Assembly: GCA_977030845.1 (NCBI GenBank)
Contig: OZ365114.1
Span: 22,692,001-22,756,000, forward strand
DNA from: Fimbriosthenelais zetlandica
Taxonomy: Eukaryota
DNA length: 64,000 nt
Direction of reading: 5' to 3'
The notes beneath the pieces are model-generated. The model searched no databases. It saw nothing but the letters and a program-made list of their open reading frames with translations, and was not told the DNA's origin. Shown here piece after piece: positions 22,857 to 37,860 of this stretch. Positions within the stretch are counted from its first letter, which is position 1. The number at the start of each line of letters is the position of its first letter. The position numbers were made by a program, and so were the translations under genes.

Positions 22857-25412
22857 GGGAAAGCATGGTCATAACTGTAAAGTACTGGCGATCATACTCA
22901 GACAACAAGCACTGACTTTGCATTCCAAAGTAAGCCATGGCATCCACCGGGAACCAAACTAAGGGATCATAATGCCGACTCCTCCACCAGCCCTCCTGAT
23001 CAATGTTCTGTTTGCTCTCCGAGAGAAAAAAATCCCACCACAAGCTCCATCGACCCCCCAAAGTCGAGCTCCATCAAAAACTTCACCATTGATCTTTGAA
23101 CTGGCTTTGTCTATCACCCATCCGTCTTTGGTGTTAAGCCCAGAGCAGTTCCATGCTCATGTATGCTCTCACAATACATAACACCAAAGCCTTTCACACC
23201 TTTGACTATGTATGAGGCACAGGCATCAATGTAACCCACCATCAGGCTGGGCCTACTAATGTTTGTCCACATACAGAGATTGGCCAGCGTCAGGAAGCCT
23301 TTGTCGGGTATTCCTCTCACGTTTTGGGAAAATCTAGCCCCACCTGACACCTGTGAGATGTGTAAATGCTCCCTATTTATGGCATGGCAAAATGCTCCCA
23401 ACTGTCTGCCAGAAACAATTGGCCATGGGAGCTGTGAAAAATGTGTCACAATGATCATTGTAGATAAAGCTTGATATCACTATCTGTGTGCTCTCAATGG
23501 TTGCAAGCTATTGTTCAGTTGGCCACAATGGCTCAGCTGGCAGATATAAGAGAGGTCTCTCCTTATTGCAATAAAACATAGTCTTGCTTATTGAATTGGC
23601 AATGTTACCCCATGAATGGAAGCATAGTATCTATTCCTGGTTTTGGCCACATTTGATTGAAGCTTGTCATTGCCGTATGCAGCAATTAATTATACAGTCA
23701 ATGAGAGCAATCTATCGCATCTGTTTCATGTCTTTAATCAAATCATTTTTCATAACATGGTTGTAATATTAAATCATTCTTTATGCAGAAGACGCATGAT
23801 AATTCGAGGGACTGATACTCATCAGAGGGCTATCTGTGTTGATATAGAATAAATGCATCGGCAGGAACTAACTCAAACAAACTGAGGTCCCAAAGACAGA
23901 GAAATGCAAGAATACACTGAGCAGTTCAATCAACCACAAACGTGGAAACTTAGCATCCAATGCAATCCCCTCTTCATTTCTATTTGAGTCTGCAAAGTGC
24001 TTTCAGTACTCTATAGATCACCATAATCAGGTTTGAATGTGCTTCCGCATAAAACAAGGCCATCCAAAAGCCAGACCTGACAAATGAAAGCCAGCATTCC
24101 AGTCGGAGAATTGCAATGACAGGCGTTCAATTTTCAAGGAATGGAAAATGAGCAGCATTTTACATGGGAGAGCTTTTTACCAAGGACCAAGTGGCAGCCT
24201 GGGTGTAATAGAGGTTTGAGACCAGGGCGTGGCCCCATGGAGTACTCCCTATTCAGGAATCCCTTACTCCAAAAGCCTATTCGTATATACCGCCTTCTAT
24301 CCTGCCAGGGAGAATCAAGTCATCTTTCAGCCAAATCTTGACATTCATCCCCCTGCCCCAGGCCCATAATCCCTCCACCAGTAGGCCCTGATCCGGGCCT
24401 GGAGTTTCAACAATACAGTATACAAAATCTGTCTTTCCTACATACCCCAAGTCCCTACACTAGAGTATTGGGAAGTTTCTGTGGGCTCTTTTTGGTAAGA
24501 AGCTCTGAGCTGTGGAACATAGAATTTAATTTCCTAAAGCCTCCATTTCCGAATGCTCGATGGTGTTTCCTGAAACTGGCTGTCTGTCAGATCCACTATG
24601 ACTGACTAACTGTAGGATGCGGACTGAGGGAATGAAATTATCCCCCATGCAGTTTGATTGCCCTATTCCAGAAAAACACCCCTCTGGAAACAACATATTA
24701 CGTCAAAATGTCATGTCTGCTTTGAGAATTAATTCTTGTTCATCTGGAAGCGGAGAGATATGGTTTATTTGAGGACAAAAGTTATCCCAATGCAAAGGAT
24801 GCCATTATGATGATCGCGGAGAGTATGCTTATAGGCCTAATAGAAATGGCATTCTTCTGCACAGGCGACGTATTAGGAATTCATATGCCACAAGACAGTA
24901 TAGGTCTACTCAATATCTAACGAGGGAAATCATCTGTCATATTATGTGCCGGAATTCCATTAAAAGTGCAATACACTTGTCAGTACTCGAAGACAATACC
25001 GAAATCAGGGCGAGTCATAAAAGTCCTCGCCCACCAATGGCTGAGACCCATGGCCAGAGAAAGTACTTCTTGTCCTGGTAATAGGAAGGATGGATAACCA
25101 TGGAGGACATGGTGGAGGTTACCATAGCGACTGTGTCAAAGTCAACACAACTATGGCAATAGCGTCAGTGATTGTTATGTTCTGTGTGGAGGACAACACC
25201 CGGCCTTCACTTGATATATACCCATGTCCCATGTCTCGGGGCAGAACAGTTGGAAAGGGCAATAAAAGCAATGTGGTTTGCACCCAAACACCACACACAC
25301 TGACTATTTCCCTCCTAAAAGTGTCTTTCTCAGTGTAGAACTGGAAGAACTGATACTACAGGGAGGTTCCTTAGCTTCCACACATCAGCAACTCAATGCT
25401 ACCAGCTTTTAC

Positions 25413-25434
25413 CTTAAAGGTGGAAAATACACCT
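25413..25434 (-). CDS. Micro-exon (22 nt, phase 2->0) GVFSTFK
   Basis: Acceptor gcctgccttcccctAG and donor AAG|GTAAAA. Phase-compatible. Confidence 0.42.
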
Positions 25435-26405
25435 CTAGGGGAAGGCAGGCTTAGAGAGGCTGATGTGGGAAATAATGCACCTGTGGAGTTATTTTTATAT
25501 CAGTAGTACCACAGATTATAGCATTTCCACATTGTTGAGAAGGAAAAGAATGATAATATAATACTATATATAGGTTTACGTCAATAGTCATTGTTGGTCT
25601 GCAGAAGAGGGAAAATTGAAACAGAAATATCAAAATACTGCCTTGATAGCTTGCACTCAACACAGCTCTGATTGTAAAGTTGCACTTATACCATGACCAT
25701 TTGAATATTGAGTCTTACTAGAAAAAACAATTTTGAACCCCATCCATGAACAAGTACAAATCCAAAGGGCCTTAGTTCCAATTCACTTCACTCCCTATCC
25801 TCACTGAATCCTCATCTCGAGAACAAAGCACTTCATTGAGTTGGAGAATCTCATCTAGCACAGAACCCACTTATCTTTCCATTCCCAGCAATGACCAGAC
25901 CAGCAATTGACTATTCAAAGATAATCATCACTCTGCAAATTGAATTTTCAGTTCCTGTAATGGCACAGGATAGAGATCTGCATCAGCTAGTTTGGCTAGT
26001 ATAAAATTAGGTCAAATTAATGATATTCGACACTATTACTGATGTTTCGCATAAAATATCAGGAGTGGACTTCCTACTTTATACTGTCTCGTCCTATATT
26101 ATATGGTGACAGTGACACAAGTATGGAAGGAAAAAGAAGATTCTTTGACTAGATTTCGATGGGGAAATGTTTTTTCGTCTGTGCTCTACCTCTAGTGAAC
26201 TAGTTTCTCTGTTTTTCTCTCTACCATCTTTATCTCTGGCTCGTTTTATAAGATCACCGTTAGTGGCTTTTGCCTCCTTCACCCTAATCTTCTTAGAGCC
26301 ACCATTGGTTCTTACAGGCCATTTCCTTCTCACTGATTCCTCCGGTCCTAAATAACAAACCAGTTGTTTTTTTCTCGGCTTCCTCTGAGGATTGGAAGGT
26401 TTTAC

Positions 26406-26441
26406 CTTAATGATCGACTCGGAGAACCTTGATCATAATCC
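26406..26441 (-). CDS. Micro-exon (36 nt, phase 2->2) DYDQGSPSRSL
   Basis: CAG acceptor after a long pyrimidine tract and donor AAG|GTAAAA. Confidence 0.48.
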
Positions 26442-29400
26442 CTGTGATACCTCAAACAAAGGGCAGACGAGACAGAATTGGGAAATGTATTTCTTTAGAA
26501 AGAGTAATGCCCTAGCTTGTTTGTAATAATGACATCCCCCTTGATTCAATGCATATAATATTATATACGTATACATACATGCACATAGTGGCTTGTCAGT
26601 TATATTTGAATTCATTCTTCGTCCAATAAAGAACATTATCTAGCAAAAAGTCTGTCCTGTGAAGCGAACATTGATAATTGTCATAATCTATTATGGTAAT
26701 CTATAATACCATCAATATTAAGAGCTGCTCATCTGTCCAGGGGGACCAGATAGCGTCCATTATTGGAGAATTAGGCATAAATGACTGGATCTTCCCCGGA
26801 TCCAAGAGCCATATCGACAGATCATCTTTTAGATTGGGTCTTTTGTTGAACTGACCAAAGCTTTATTAAAATACAAATCCTTTTGAAGAGAAAGTAAATT
26901 AGGTTCCTATGGGCATGGTTTGAAAAAAGAGCAAAGGAATGCAGGCAGCGTCATTGAAAAAGGGACAATTCAGATTGAGTATATACATAGGAAGACTTAA
27001 ATACTTGCCGAGGCCAGAGTTCTGATTTGCAGCTTGTACACAGAGTAAATGAAATGAGAGGTCTTCCCTGAGTGTCTCTGCCCGAGCATAGTCAAGGTCT
27101 TGGTTCTGATTACTTCCTGGATCCAGTTAAACCATTTCCCAGTAATCATGTCTTAAAAAATGTTAAAGCACAGCTGGCTCTATGTCATTCTAAAAACCTC
27201 AACGTTTTAAATGTCTCTGATGATGTAAATGCATTGAAAGTGATTTGCACTATAATAGAAATATATTGCACTAGGCTATTGCCTTTGTACAATGGTTAAG
27301 ACATTCTAAGGAAATCTTGGAAGTAACAAATCAGGGCATTCAGTGTAAGCGGAGACAATGTAGCAACAGGGTAGCCTTGTTCATTATTTCAAAATTGATT
27401 AATTAATTAGCACACACTGACGCTATTCGTAAAGCCTTGATTTAATCTAATGCTGCGGAATTTAATTAGGCCCAGACTTCGATGGTCCATTCGTGGCAGA
27501 AACGTTCATCATGATTGTCTTCATGCAAATCGTATAGGAAAGGAAAGGGTAAAAACACAGCCATAATATACAGGTAATAACGTGAGATTCATTTTGTAGA
27601 AGAGGAGCAATGGCAAATTGCTTCTCACGAAAAAAGGTATCAGACCCTTAAAGGTTTCAAGAATGTCAACAGTGCAGACTACAAATATCAACATACAACA
27701 ATGAAGCAGTAAGGTAAAAATGCTTCACTAAACCTCGCTATGCGGTTAAGTCTTTCACACATAACCAGCTATATATTATTTTATATTCCATTAAAATTTT
27801 AATCTTAATGAGGGAGGACTAAAAGATATATTATAGTGGGCACTCTAATAGGATTTCAATTTATTGCCTTGAAGGTGGACGAGACTGAAAGCACCTTACA
27901 TACATATTACAGACTTGATAGGGATATATTGCACATTGGGAGTATTAAAACATCCCTTTGAGCATAGTTTATTGGACACAGATCCTTTGCTAGTTTAATG
28001 AGAGTAAAGAAGCTTAGAAAAAGAGCAATTAGTCAATCGATAAGAGTCACATGCAAGGCAAAACTTAGACATGAATGAAGCCACTGATATTATGGCCAAT
28101 AATCTTGTCTCTTAGGTAAACCAAAATCTAATGATATTTTAAGCATACATGTACAGAAAGATGTAGTTCCATAATAGACTATATATTATTATAATTATGT
28201 ATTCATATTACGTTTCTCTTTTCACAGATTTTTCTAGTAAGCACATGAACATGTATTTATAGATACATTGTGTAGATTACTAAGAGTTTTCCATTGTGCC
28301 CTACCCAAAAGCAAGCCGTCTAAACCTGAGCTTAAGGCTCGTGTTATTGAATCTCCCCTAACACCGATTCAATACAAGGCTTTCATTTTCCATAGTAAGC
28401 TAATCTTCACAGGGGAAGGTAATAATGACTTAAGCTCAAAGGGCATTAACATTTCATCTCCTCTGGCAAGTGGAGATGAATGAAATTATTATATCTGCAC
28501 CGGGAAAGGTACTCATCTATAAGTTAGGACTGATTCACAACGGGTCCGTGAGCGCACAGTGAAGAGGGAGCAGTTGGATTAATATCTCTGTACACAATCT
28601 TAATTATAAATATATCCATTCCTCATGAATATCCATGGGCAGATAAAGTGCGAGCAGCAGCAATGCAAAAGTATAACAGCAATTATCTTTTTCCTGGCTG
28701 TACCACAGCACCAATTCATAGCAGCGCATGCAGTAAGACGAGGCTATAAAACTTCTTTGTATGAAACTTTTTGCTGCCTTCACCTTCTATTATACCTTAC
28801 TTAACTCTCCATCTATATGCTCAGCCTGTTAGACATAACTGACAATGCAACAAAGTAGAGGCATACTAGTAACATTGTACTGCCCAAGGTGATATTATGA
28901 TTGTGCCAACACAAGTAAGTAAGTGTCTGGGAAGACAGCTCGGAAAATGGTGATAAGTCTTTGTCACATTCATCCAGTGAATTTAAAAGCAACTCTGACA
29001 AAAATGAAAGTAAAAATGAATTCTTAATTTGCGGTATTCTTAGATAGAATGTGACAGAAAATATTCCTGAGGCCTTCCAAAGTGAATCTGTGCACGTATC
29101 GTCCTTATCACTTGGATACAAAGAATCAGGACTTAAACAGGGCGGTAATTCCCTATGGTAGCATAGGAAATCTTACTATCTATGCCCAGAACAGTTCCCG
29201 CAGCAATTAAGGCACTCCCACGCTGGCCTTCAGCTTTAAATGAGGCCATTCATTGGCGTAGTCTTACTAGAACCATTATTCCAAGCCAACAAAGCCGGGC
29301 GTTTTGGTGGGCACCTGCCTGCCCACCTGGTACCTTGAGTTATACAAACGATTACACCCCAGCTTCCTAGACAGGCCAGAGCTGAGAAGAGACATGCCCG

Positions 29401-32400
29401 TAAATATAGAGAGGCTGGCGGAAAACGTGTGCAGAGTGGCTTCTGACTAGCCTCAGCAGGGCAATCAGCTCAAAATGTGTGGATTAGACGAACAGGAAGT
29501 TTGTGGGAGAGTTTAGAGACCATTCTCAGTTGGACCACTCAATCCACAGGGGTAAAATTATAGTCATACATGGGATTTTTAAAGTGAAACATTTTCAGGC
29601 CCTTTTCCGTACTTCAAGATCGGCTTCAAGACTCCTGCTTCCATAATTGTGATTAAAAGGCAATTGTTTTTTTATTAGAAAACCATGGATTTAGAAACAT
29701 ATTGCTCTCCACGGGTGGTGCTTTTACAAAAGTATGTATTTTAACCTTTTAAGGCAATTGCCTTTTGGGTTGTGCCAAAGGTAATATTCCGACTGTTCAT
29801 TTTTCCCTCTCCTGACGTGAGATGTATTTGTCTCGACAGCTTTTTGTCGGCCATGTGAAGTATGCGGAAGCAGCCAATCACAATCTTCCATCATCAATAA
29901 TGTGAAATGGCAGCAGAGTTTTCCTTTTGGTGCGGAACTGCCCTCTCCGTGTCACCATGGTAAATTGTGTGGTGTGAAAAGACGGAATGTGAACCAGGCT
30001 TTTGGATGGGAGTGAAAGAGTGTGCAACTCACTGCCTCATATATATGGAAATATTGTCAGGCTGTCAGGAGTGGCGCGGTTTATTTTTGAATCAGTGAGA
30101 TGGAGGGGTACTTTCCTTGATGTAGTGGTTAAGCAAAGGACAAAAAATGTGTTCCTGCAGAGAAACAGTAGAGACACTATTATACCGCCAGGTATAATTC
30201 TGCTCCCGTGGCAAGTTTAAGATAACACATCAGCGAAAATAAAACGTGCAGCTTTCTGTATTACAGACCCCTTTTGACATCCAGAACCCGTATGCAGCGG
30301 GAGCAAATGTTAGGACTAGTGAGTCATAAAACCCATGAAGTCATCTAGATAAGTCAGATCACAGTAAATCCCCCCAAAACAGTATGCAAGGCCATTCATA
30401 TATATAGGCCCTGATACTGGATCTGAAATATGGGGAGGAGAGCTTTTCATCAGAATGACTTAACCTCACTCCTAGCCTACCCTAACCCTCACTGCAGGGT
30501 TGTACAAAGGGGCTGGAGGGGGTGGAGATAGACTGGCCTTAAATTAGGCCTTACTTGTACAGAGTTCAGAAAAAGCTAATTACGCCATAGTATACGCCAT
30601 AGCTGTCAGGCACTGCAACTGATATATCCCATTGAAAGTTAGTAAACAAATATAAACACCATAATTATTTTGGTTTTTCTTTGTTTGGAATGGGCCTTTT
30701 TTCATAATTTGCCTCCTCTGTCTCCCCCATGCAGACGTAAATGTGTCTCCTACGACCTGGCCTGCTCTACCCTCCCCATCCAGCTATCTGGCCCGTGTTC
30801 ATTCCACCCTCAAAAGTCACAGAAACCACCGGTAGGACATGGTACGTCACTTCTGGCCAGACCCTGATACATCCGATGTCCATTACATTGGTGTCCCAAG
30901 AGCCATTGCCAACCCTTACTCATCTCATCATACAGACTGCCTTTTTTCCTTCAAGGGCGAAGCGCTTCAATGTGCACTTGAGGCAATGCAGAGATGAGAC
31001 TCTCACAATGTACTAGATCTGGGATATCTTTATGGAGTAGCAAAGACATATAGGCCTATGTGTGTGTTGGAGTGGGGTGGGTTGAGATGGCTGAAATCAA
31101 TGAACTTGCCCACCCAACTGCCATAGGTGCCTGCTGCACGTCATAATGTCACCAACACTGGGCAATAGGTGACATGGCTGGTTTGTAACACTCCCTCCAA
31201 ATTCTTCCCTCCTCGTGACGTCCCACCATGTCAAATGATGCTCCAATTCTGTGGGCAGGATTCACAGGGCCTTTGGCATAATCCCCGGGAAAATATCTCT
31301 TTTCCCTTCAGCTTCAAGGGGAAATTGACAACAGATTGCCCTCAAAAGTATTCTGTAGTGGATGGAAAATAACCCAAAGCTCAGCAATTTTTTTTCCTCG
31401 AAGCGATCAAATAACAGGATGACACTTCAATTTTTGACATGGTTTTTCTTAACCCTTTGCCTTATGGAAGAAAAAGTTTAATTAGTTTTCGCACTTTTCT
31501 ATGTTGGAGCCTCCTATGTGAACGTGTAAATTACACCTTGTAATTCTTTGTACATGTCGGTGGAGGGGCATACAAATCCCAATGAGACAATCCATGCAAG
31601 CAAGAAGTGATTAGCCTAATTGTGTGACAAACATCATATTGGACAGTAACAGTTCCCTGTTCATATCAACATGTGTTCATTTATTGGTCAATAAAATATG
31701 AATCACGACACTGGGTTTATTGGATAAAAACCAGCATATTTTTTATGATGGGACAACAGGAGGCCAAGGAGTAACTGCCATTACTGGTAAATGAACAGGC
31801 ACGAGTGTTACCGTGCAGTATCTGCCGTGTGTCATCTCATCCAAATGTGCCACATGGGCCACCATCTCTCCATCCATCCATCCCACCTAACTGATGATGA
31901 ATAGGAAGCGCTTCCAGGCAGGTCTATCAAACATGTATATAAACATCCCTTGAGTGAGTGACGCCTGAGGCCAACATATGTAACACCTCTAAGGTCAATT
32001 GTGTGCCCTTACAAGTCTGGAATATTTGAAGCCTCGTAATGATAAATGAATACAAATGTCCCTCATTAGCCAGTGAAAATAAAGATCCCGGATCATTCCC
32101 TTAGTTTTTCCTGCACCATTTATAACGACCAATAAACCTCTCCTCGTCTCTCTATTCTGTTGGTGGTCTCTACCCTATTGCCCTCTCTATAGCCTAAGCG
32201 ATGCATTGCCTGTAGAATGACTTTAACTCTCCCAAAGCTCCAGCTCTGGAGATATGCCATAAAGGTCAGAGCTGGGACCTTCTCTATATGAATGAGAACA
32301 TCTTCAACTGTCTGTGTCCGGGACCTGATATAGAAAATATTGCTCCTGCAATGTGTATTTTCTCTTAGTATTAGCCTACCTTACAATAATATAAAAGATC

Positions 32401-35055
32401 AGAGGAGTTTTGTTAGACAATGACGAGTAGGGCATGCAGTATGCAGGAGTCAATGTGAGTGCATGGAAGCTCAGCAGCGATCCTTGCAAAAGTAATTGAA
32501 TCAGGGAAATTGTAATTTCGCCATGAGCTATACAAAAGTTCAACTGATGAATTTTCCATCAATTTGAGAGAGCAGCTGAGCAAAGAACTGAGGAGTATCA
32601 AGCTACATATATCAAGTATTAATTTAGCTCATGCCCTTTGAAATAGGATATACCTGTTTCAATATGTTCCTTGTCCATATTCACTATTATTCATCCCCAA
32701 GAGTCATTGCCTCAGGCGAGGTACGGGTCGGAGGCACCTTTCAGAGATCCCAATTTTCTACCATCGATTGCTGGTTACCAATACAGCTATCATCTTCCTG
32801 ATGAGGCGGCAGGATGAATGGAAGTGGTCAGGAATGACCGTGCATGGAAGGGCCCAATCGATGGGGCACTGCCCCCCATATATGGGAGGGTCAATGCAAG
32901 GGCATTTATCTAAGTAGGCAAACATTTGTGTACACATATGTAAACATATCCATCTTTCCTTAAAAAACCTTCTCCGTGTCTACACTTTTAAGGATATATC
33001 ACATATAACGTTGGACATAATCTTAAAAGTCAAGGCATATCCCCATTACAGCATATGTCCTATGGGATATTTCAAGTGAAAAAAGTCTGAGGTATATCTT
33101 TAGTATATCTTTTTCATATCACATATTCCCCATTAGGGTCAAAAGCTGTAACACACCAACTGGTCCAGCACAGTTCCATAAATTTCCCTGGTTATTCAAT
33201 GGCAGTTTTCTTGCCTGCAAATAATCATTGAATATGCATGGGTTTCTTCTAGACAGGACAGACCTTCCTAACAGCTTGATAAAGATCTTGATGTGATAAG
33301 ACACACTGATGTGCCCTTGATGACCACCGGTGTTTTTATCCGGCAAAAGCCAGGCGATAGTATTGTGGCTTCCTCACTGAAGTTAGGCCATTTCCAAGCA
33401 ACGTGCTAATAGAATGAGGCAGGCAGACATGAGGGAGGGAGGGGTGGGTGCAAGGGGTCAGACTGACGCATAAGGTGAACTCTGGGACCCCGAAAATTAG
33501 ACCAACAGTGGAGGTTGTCAGCATTGGATGATCCCATAGCTAGAACAGTCAGGCTCAGATGATTAGCAATTACCATAGATAAATAAAGATAATTCACAGA
33601 GTCAGCAATGTATTGAATGTCCCTCGCGTGTGCCATGGTGGCACATATATTCCTAAATGTTCAGGAAAATGCAAGCAGTCGAAGAAAAATCCATGAAGTG
33701 ACCCAAAATAGTTAAAATGAAATTCAGGATAATAATTATCACATCTGCTAAATCTTCAAATTGTGCACGTTAAAGGTGCTTTTTCAACAGTTGCGTGTTG
33801 CTGTCCTTTCAAGAGGCCCTGTTAGAGTAAGATTGCGAGACGATCGTAGAGGTTCATTGTTTCATTAGTTCAAGCCAAACATTTGCTAATATTCGTGGTG
33901 TGCGAGCACGCATGATCACCTCCCCTATACGACCACTCGTATTGTGTGGCAGCAAGAGTGTTCTTCAAAATTATTGCAAAACATGGACAACCACAACGTC
34001 ATTGACAATTTTCCTCTCTGTATCGTCGTTTTCTGAGAAAAATATTTCAAATACAGGAGTGATATGCGTGTAGACATTACCGGTAATTCAAATAGAAGAT
34101 TTCATCACAGCATAGGTTGATCTATGATTATACAGCAGTCACGCTCCTACACTTCACCAGAATCAGAGTCTGAGGATGCCATTTGAAGAGGTAATTACCC
34201 TCAGCAACCTTGTTAACATTTCATTATACTTGCTTTAATTACTTTACTCCTGTTTCTATCTAATTAAACGTCATGTTTTGATCTAATAACTTGGAGCCTT
34301 CAGTCTAATCACTATATCGCCAAGTGCAGTGTGTTGTATCTCAGCATACAATTACTCGAGGCGCCTTCGTCGATAATTATGTATTGTCGTTCTGGCTAAC
34401 AGCAATGCCAACTGCTTTTCATGGCACTACACATGAAAGGAAGTATTTACAGGGAATCTAATACAATGGTAAGCTTTTTACAAGACCAATCTCTCCATCA
34501 TAAAGTATTATATATTATATTATATATGCTACAATACCCTTGCTGCATACTGAAATATTAAAAAAAAGAAGCAAAGTAAAGGAATTATATTACTATTTGT
34601 GTGCATATATATGGAAAGTAAAGTGGAATTATTTCTCAAATGCAAACATATATCATGTACACAGCAATGGTAAAATACCAAAAACATGGATGACTGTTCC
34701 GGATCCATTGATTGTATCATCGCAATAGAAGTGAGATAGCAGGTTATGACCATCTGGCCACAGACACAAATCTTCCCAATAGCGTCTGCCGTCATCTCAA
34801 AACTCGCGCTGGAAATCCGGGGCCATGGATATAATCTCCATGGAAAGCTGGTAAAATGAAGCTCTGACAGCAGACTGAGGAAAGGTCTGAAATGGGGGAT
34901 GGAGGGAGCAGTGGAGGGTCCTATTTCTTCTCTCTTAAGAACCTCTTTCCTTCGATGGACTTCCCTTGTTCCACGTTCTTATGTTGCAAAAAAACGAGTA
35001 GTGGAGGTTGCAATTTTGGCTTCAGTAGAACAAAAGGGGATTTAGTGAGACAAAA

Positions 35056-35112
35056 TAATGTTCATAAAGTTTGTCAGACTCCGTTCTGTAAATATTAACT
35101 TTATGAACATTA
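35056..35112. repeat. 16-bp inverted repeat with 25-nt spacer
   Basis: TAATGTTCATAAAGTT ... AACTTTATGAACATTA. Confidence 0.85.
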
Positions 35113-37449
35113 CGAACTGAAGGATGGAATGGATTATTTTAACAGACCCCACAAGAAACCCCACCTCCTCCACACATGGCGGTAATTCTATATATACTTG
35201 TGTGGCTGTTTGTGTAGACGACCACCCTCCATTGTTCTCTATAGGAAATCACTCATCAATTATTTACAAAACATTCTTTTCTCTTGTTTATTAAGAGCTT
35301 CTTTAGCTGGGAGTTTTATAGACAGACTTTAGTTTCCAAGTCAGGGATTCGTGTACCATGAATGACAATATACACCAGTTTGAATGCCAGTCAGACCCCC
35401 ATCTATGTTAGCTCTGGGGCCCCAATGTGCCTTTAGGGGGCAACATTGCACAAACCCAGTGTGCTCTTGAGATGCTAGCCGTGGACAGCATCGCTGTCTT
35501 ATGACCTTTGTGAAACTGGAAATCTGTAGACTTTGTATAGCTTACAAGGCTCTGATATAGTACTCTGGTTGACCTTAGACGCAAATGAATAACATGGTGA
35601 CTAGCCCCAGGCTAATAGTGCGCATGACCATGATTCCAATGTCCCCAACCCATGGGGTGCGAACCAAATAGAGCGGGACAGAACAAGTGAACCGGCTTCT
35701 CGGAACATGGGTGCTTGTAAGCTGTGACAGTTTTATGGCAAGAGGGACAAGCAGCAATGAGGCAAATGAGTGGAATGTAGACAAACGTGACCAAATACCC
35801 CAATAGTACGGAGTTACATCATCAGGGACAGAGTTCTTGAGTTGTAGAAGCTCTCACGTGAGATACGGATGAGTGCCAACATCCCCAACTATTTGTCATG
35901 AAACAATCAATCATATTAAAAATCTACAGAAAAGTCACAACGAACATCACTGGGCAGAAGTTGGTTAACCGAAGTCCAATGGCATTGGGACAACAATCGT
36001 CTGTGGATGAAGAGGAACATTTCCAAACTTGCAAGTGAACTTGAAGATCAATAATATGCAGATATATGCAACAACATATATCTTAGACTATCAAAATCAC
36101 TACTCGGTTAATATGTATATAAAAGAGAATTTGATACCTAGCTTCACCAATCAAACCTACATCAATCCTCATGAATATTCACGAGGTAGAAGACTCAGGG
36201 GAAGGATACATGTCAGGCCAGCTAAGGGCAGATAATGAGATCCAACAGGACTGCAACTTTTTTCTTTTAGCTCGAATAGATCGTTATGGTTTGTTATGCC
36301 TCTATGGATAGATAGCCTTTAACCTTCTCTTCAATCTCAACGGAGGATACATGCACATCAACTGTCCCTTCTCAAGGGAAGTAGCCATCAATTATTCATC
36401 AACTATAGATGAATTTTGTATTTAATACCCTTTCAAGGCATGCAGCAAAGTGTATTATAGTTTCCTGTTGTATTTTTCTCGTGGAAATAAATTATGAGAG
36501 ATCAACATCAAAGGTTATCATGATCGCCTCGTCTGCCAGCTTGCCGGTACACGTTTCTTTTTCCCCCTTTATCTAAAAGTTGGTGAGGCAGGTCAACCTG
36601 CATTGCAAGTCAGATATAACTGCCTTTCCTCAAGTGAGCATCCATGCGTGTATAGCCAGATGCCTTTCACGTTTGCAACTGGACAATCTTAACCATATTA
36701 CATTCCTGCAGGCATTCCCCCAATATCACATCAGACTATACTGTGAGGATGGAGCCAGGGCCGGTCAAAATAAGATGTGCCTCAGAGCGCAAAACTTGGA
36801 CCTCCTCTCGAATGAATAGATATTAGGATGGAATTCCATGCTGGGCATGGCTGAGCTAGGCATTCAGCGTGGCTGATGCTAGCAGCAAAATATGATGTCT
36901 CGTCATAAATCCATGCGTGTTATACTGTCATCCTTGAAGGCCATGATGGTAGGTTCCCAGGGCCAGACACCAGTTTCCATTCATGTCTTCCTATGAAGTG
37001 TGAAGGAGCATGGGTACTTTTGATAGAGATGCTAAGAGACTATTATTACGCACCAGGTATCATCTCCAGCAGATATCTATCCTTCATTCTCAAGTTAGAC
37101 ATGCAATAGTTGTTTTGGTCCATGAAAATCTTTGTATTATAAATACTCAATTTTCCGGAGCCATTGTCGTGGGAACGACCGCAAAAGATCAAATGATATA
37201 TTTTTATTTTCTGGCGTTTATTTTGGTTCTCTGGACCTGAAAAGGACAACCTTGATGATAATCAGTGTTGTGATAAGTCAGTGATTCTAGGCGGGGTCCT
37301 CAACTAACCGTTATGACCAACTTATAGGAGAGGGACCTCCCATCTTAACCTTGTCAGTACATGAGCCACTGATGAGTAACCCTGTATGTAATATGCATGA
37401 TACTTGTCACAGAGAGTCTATATAATCCTGCCTCCACCACCCTGTGCTA

Positions 37450-37860
37450 TATTTGTAAACCACTCCAGCCTGAGAGGTCCAGCCCGGCCGGCTGCGGCAT
37501 ACATGAGGAAGAAATGACACTTAGTGACTGGGTGCAGGAAGTTGATGTGTTAGAGGGCATCAAGTGGGAAGCTAACATCATTGATAAAGTTTGAAGGCTT
37601 GAAGAGACTGTTGGTTGGTGACCGGGCCACAGCATAGTGGTTGTGATCACGGTGATTATTCAACATCCATGGTCATCATTAAGATTCCCGGCTAGTAGAA
37701 ATATTACTCTTGTCCTGGTTTGGTCCAATTATGATTGATATTGTAGCTGCATCAAGTCAGAATATCATTGACTTTCGAGTAGTTGGTGCAGGGGAATATG
37801 TGTTCATAGAATATGTCAACAAGTACCATATGGGAGGAGGGACAGCGTAATGTAAATGTT
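37450..37860 (-). mobile_element. Possible decayed LINE endonuclease fragment
   Basis: The minus strand gives VLVDIFY (cf. VGVFYRPP) and IFLLAGNLND (cf. IILAGDFN). Heavily degenerate, boundaries approximate. Confidence 0.3.
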
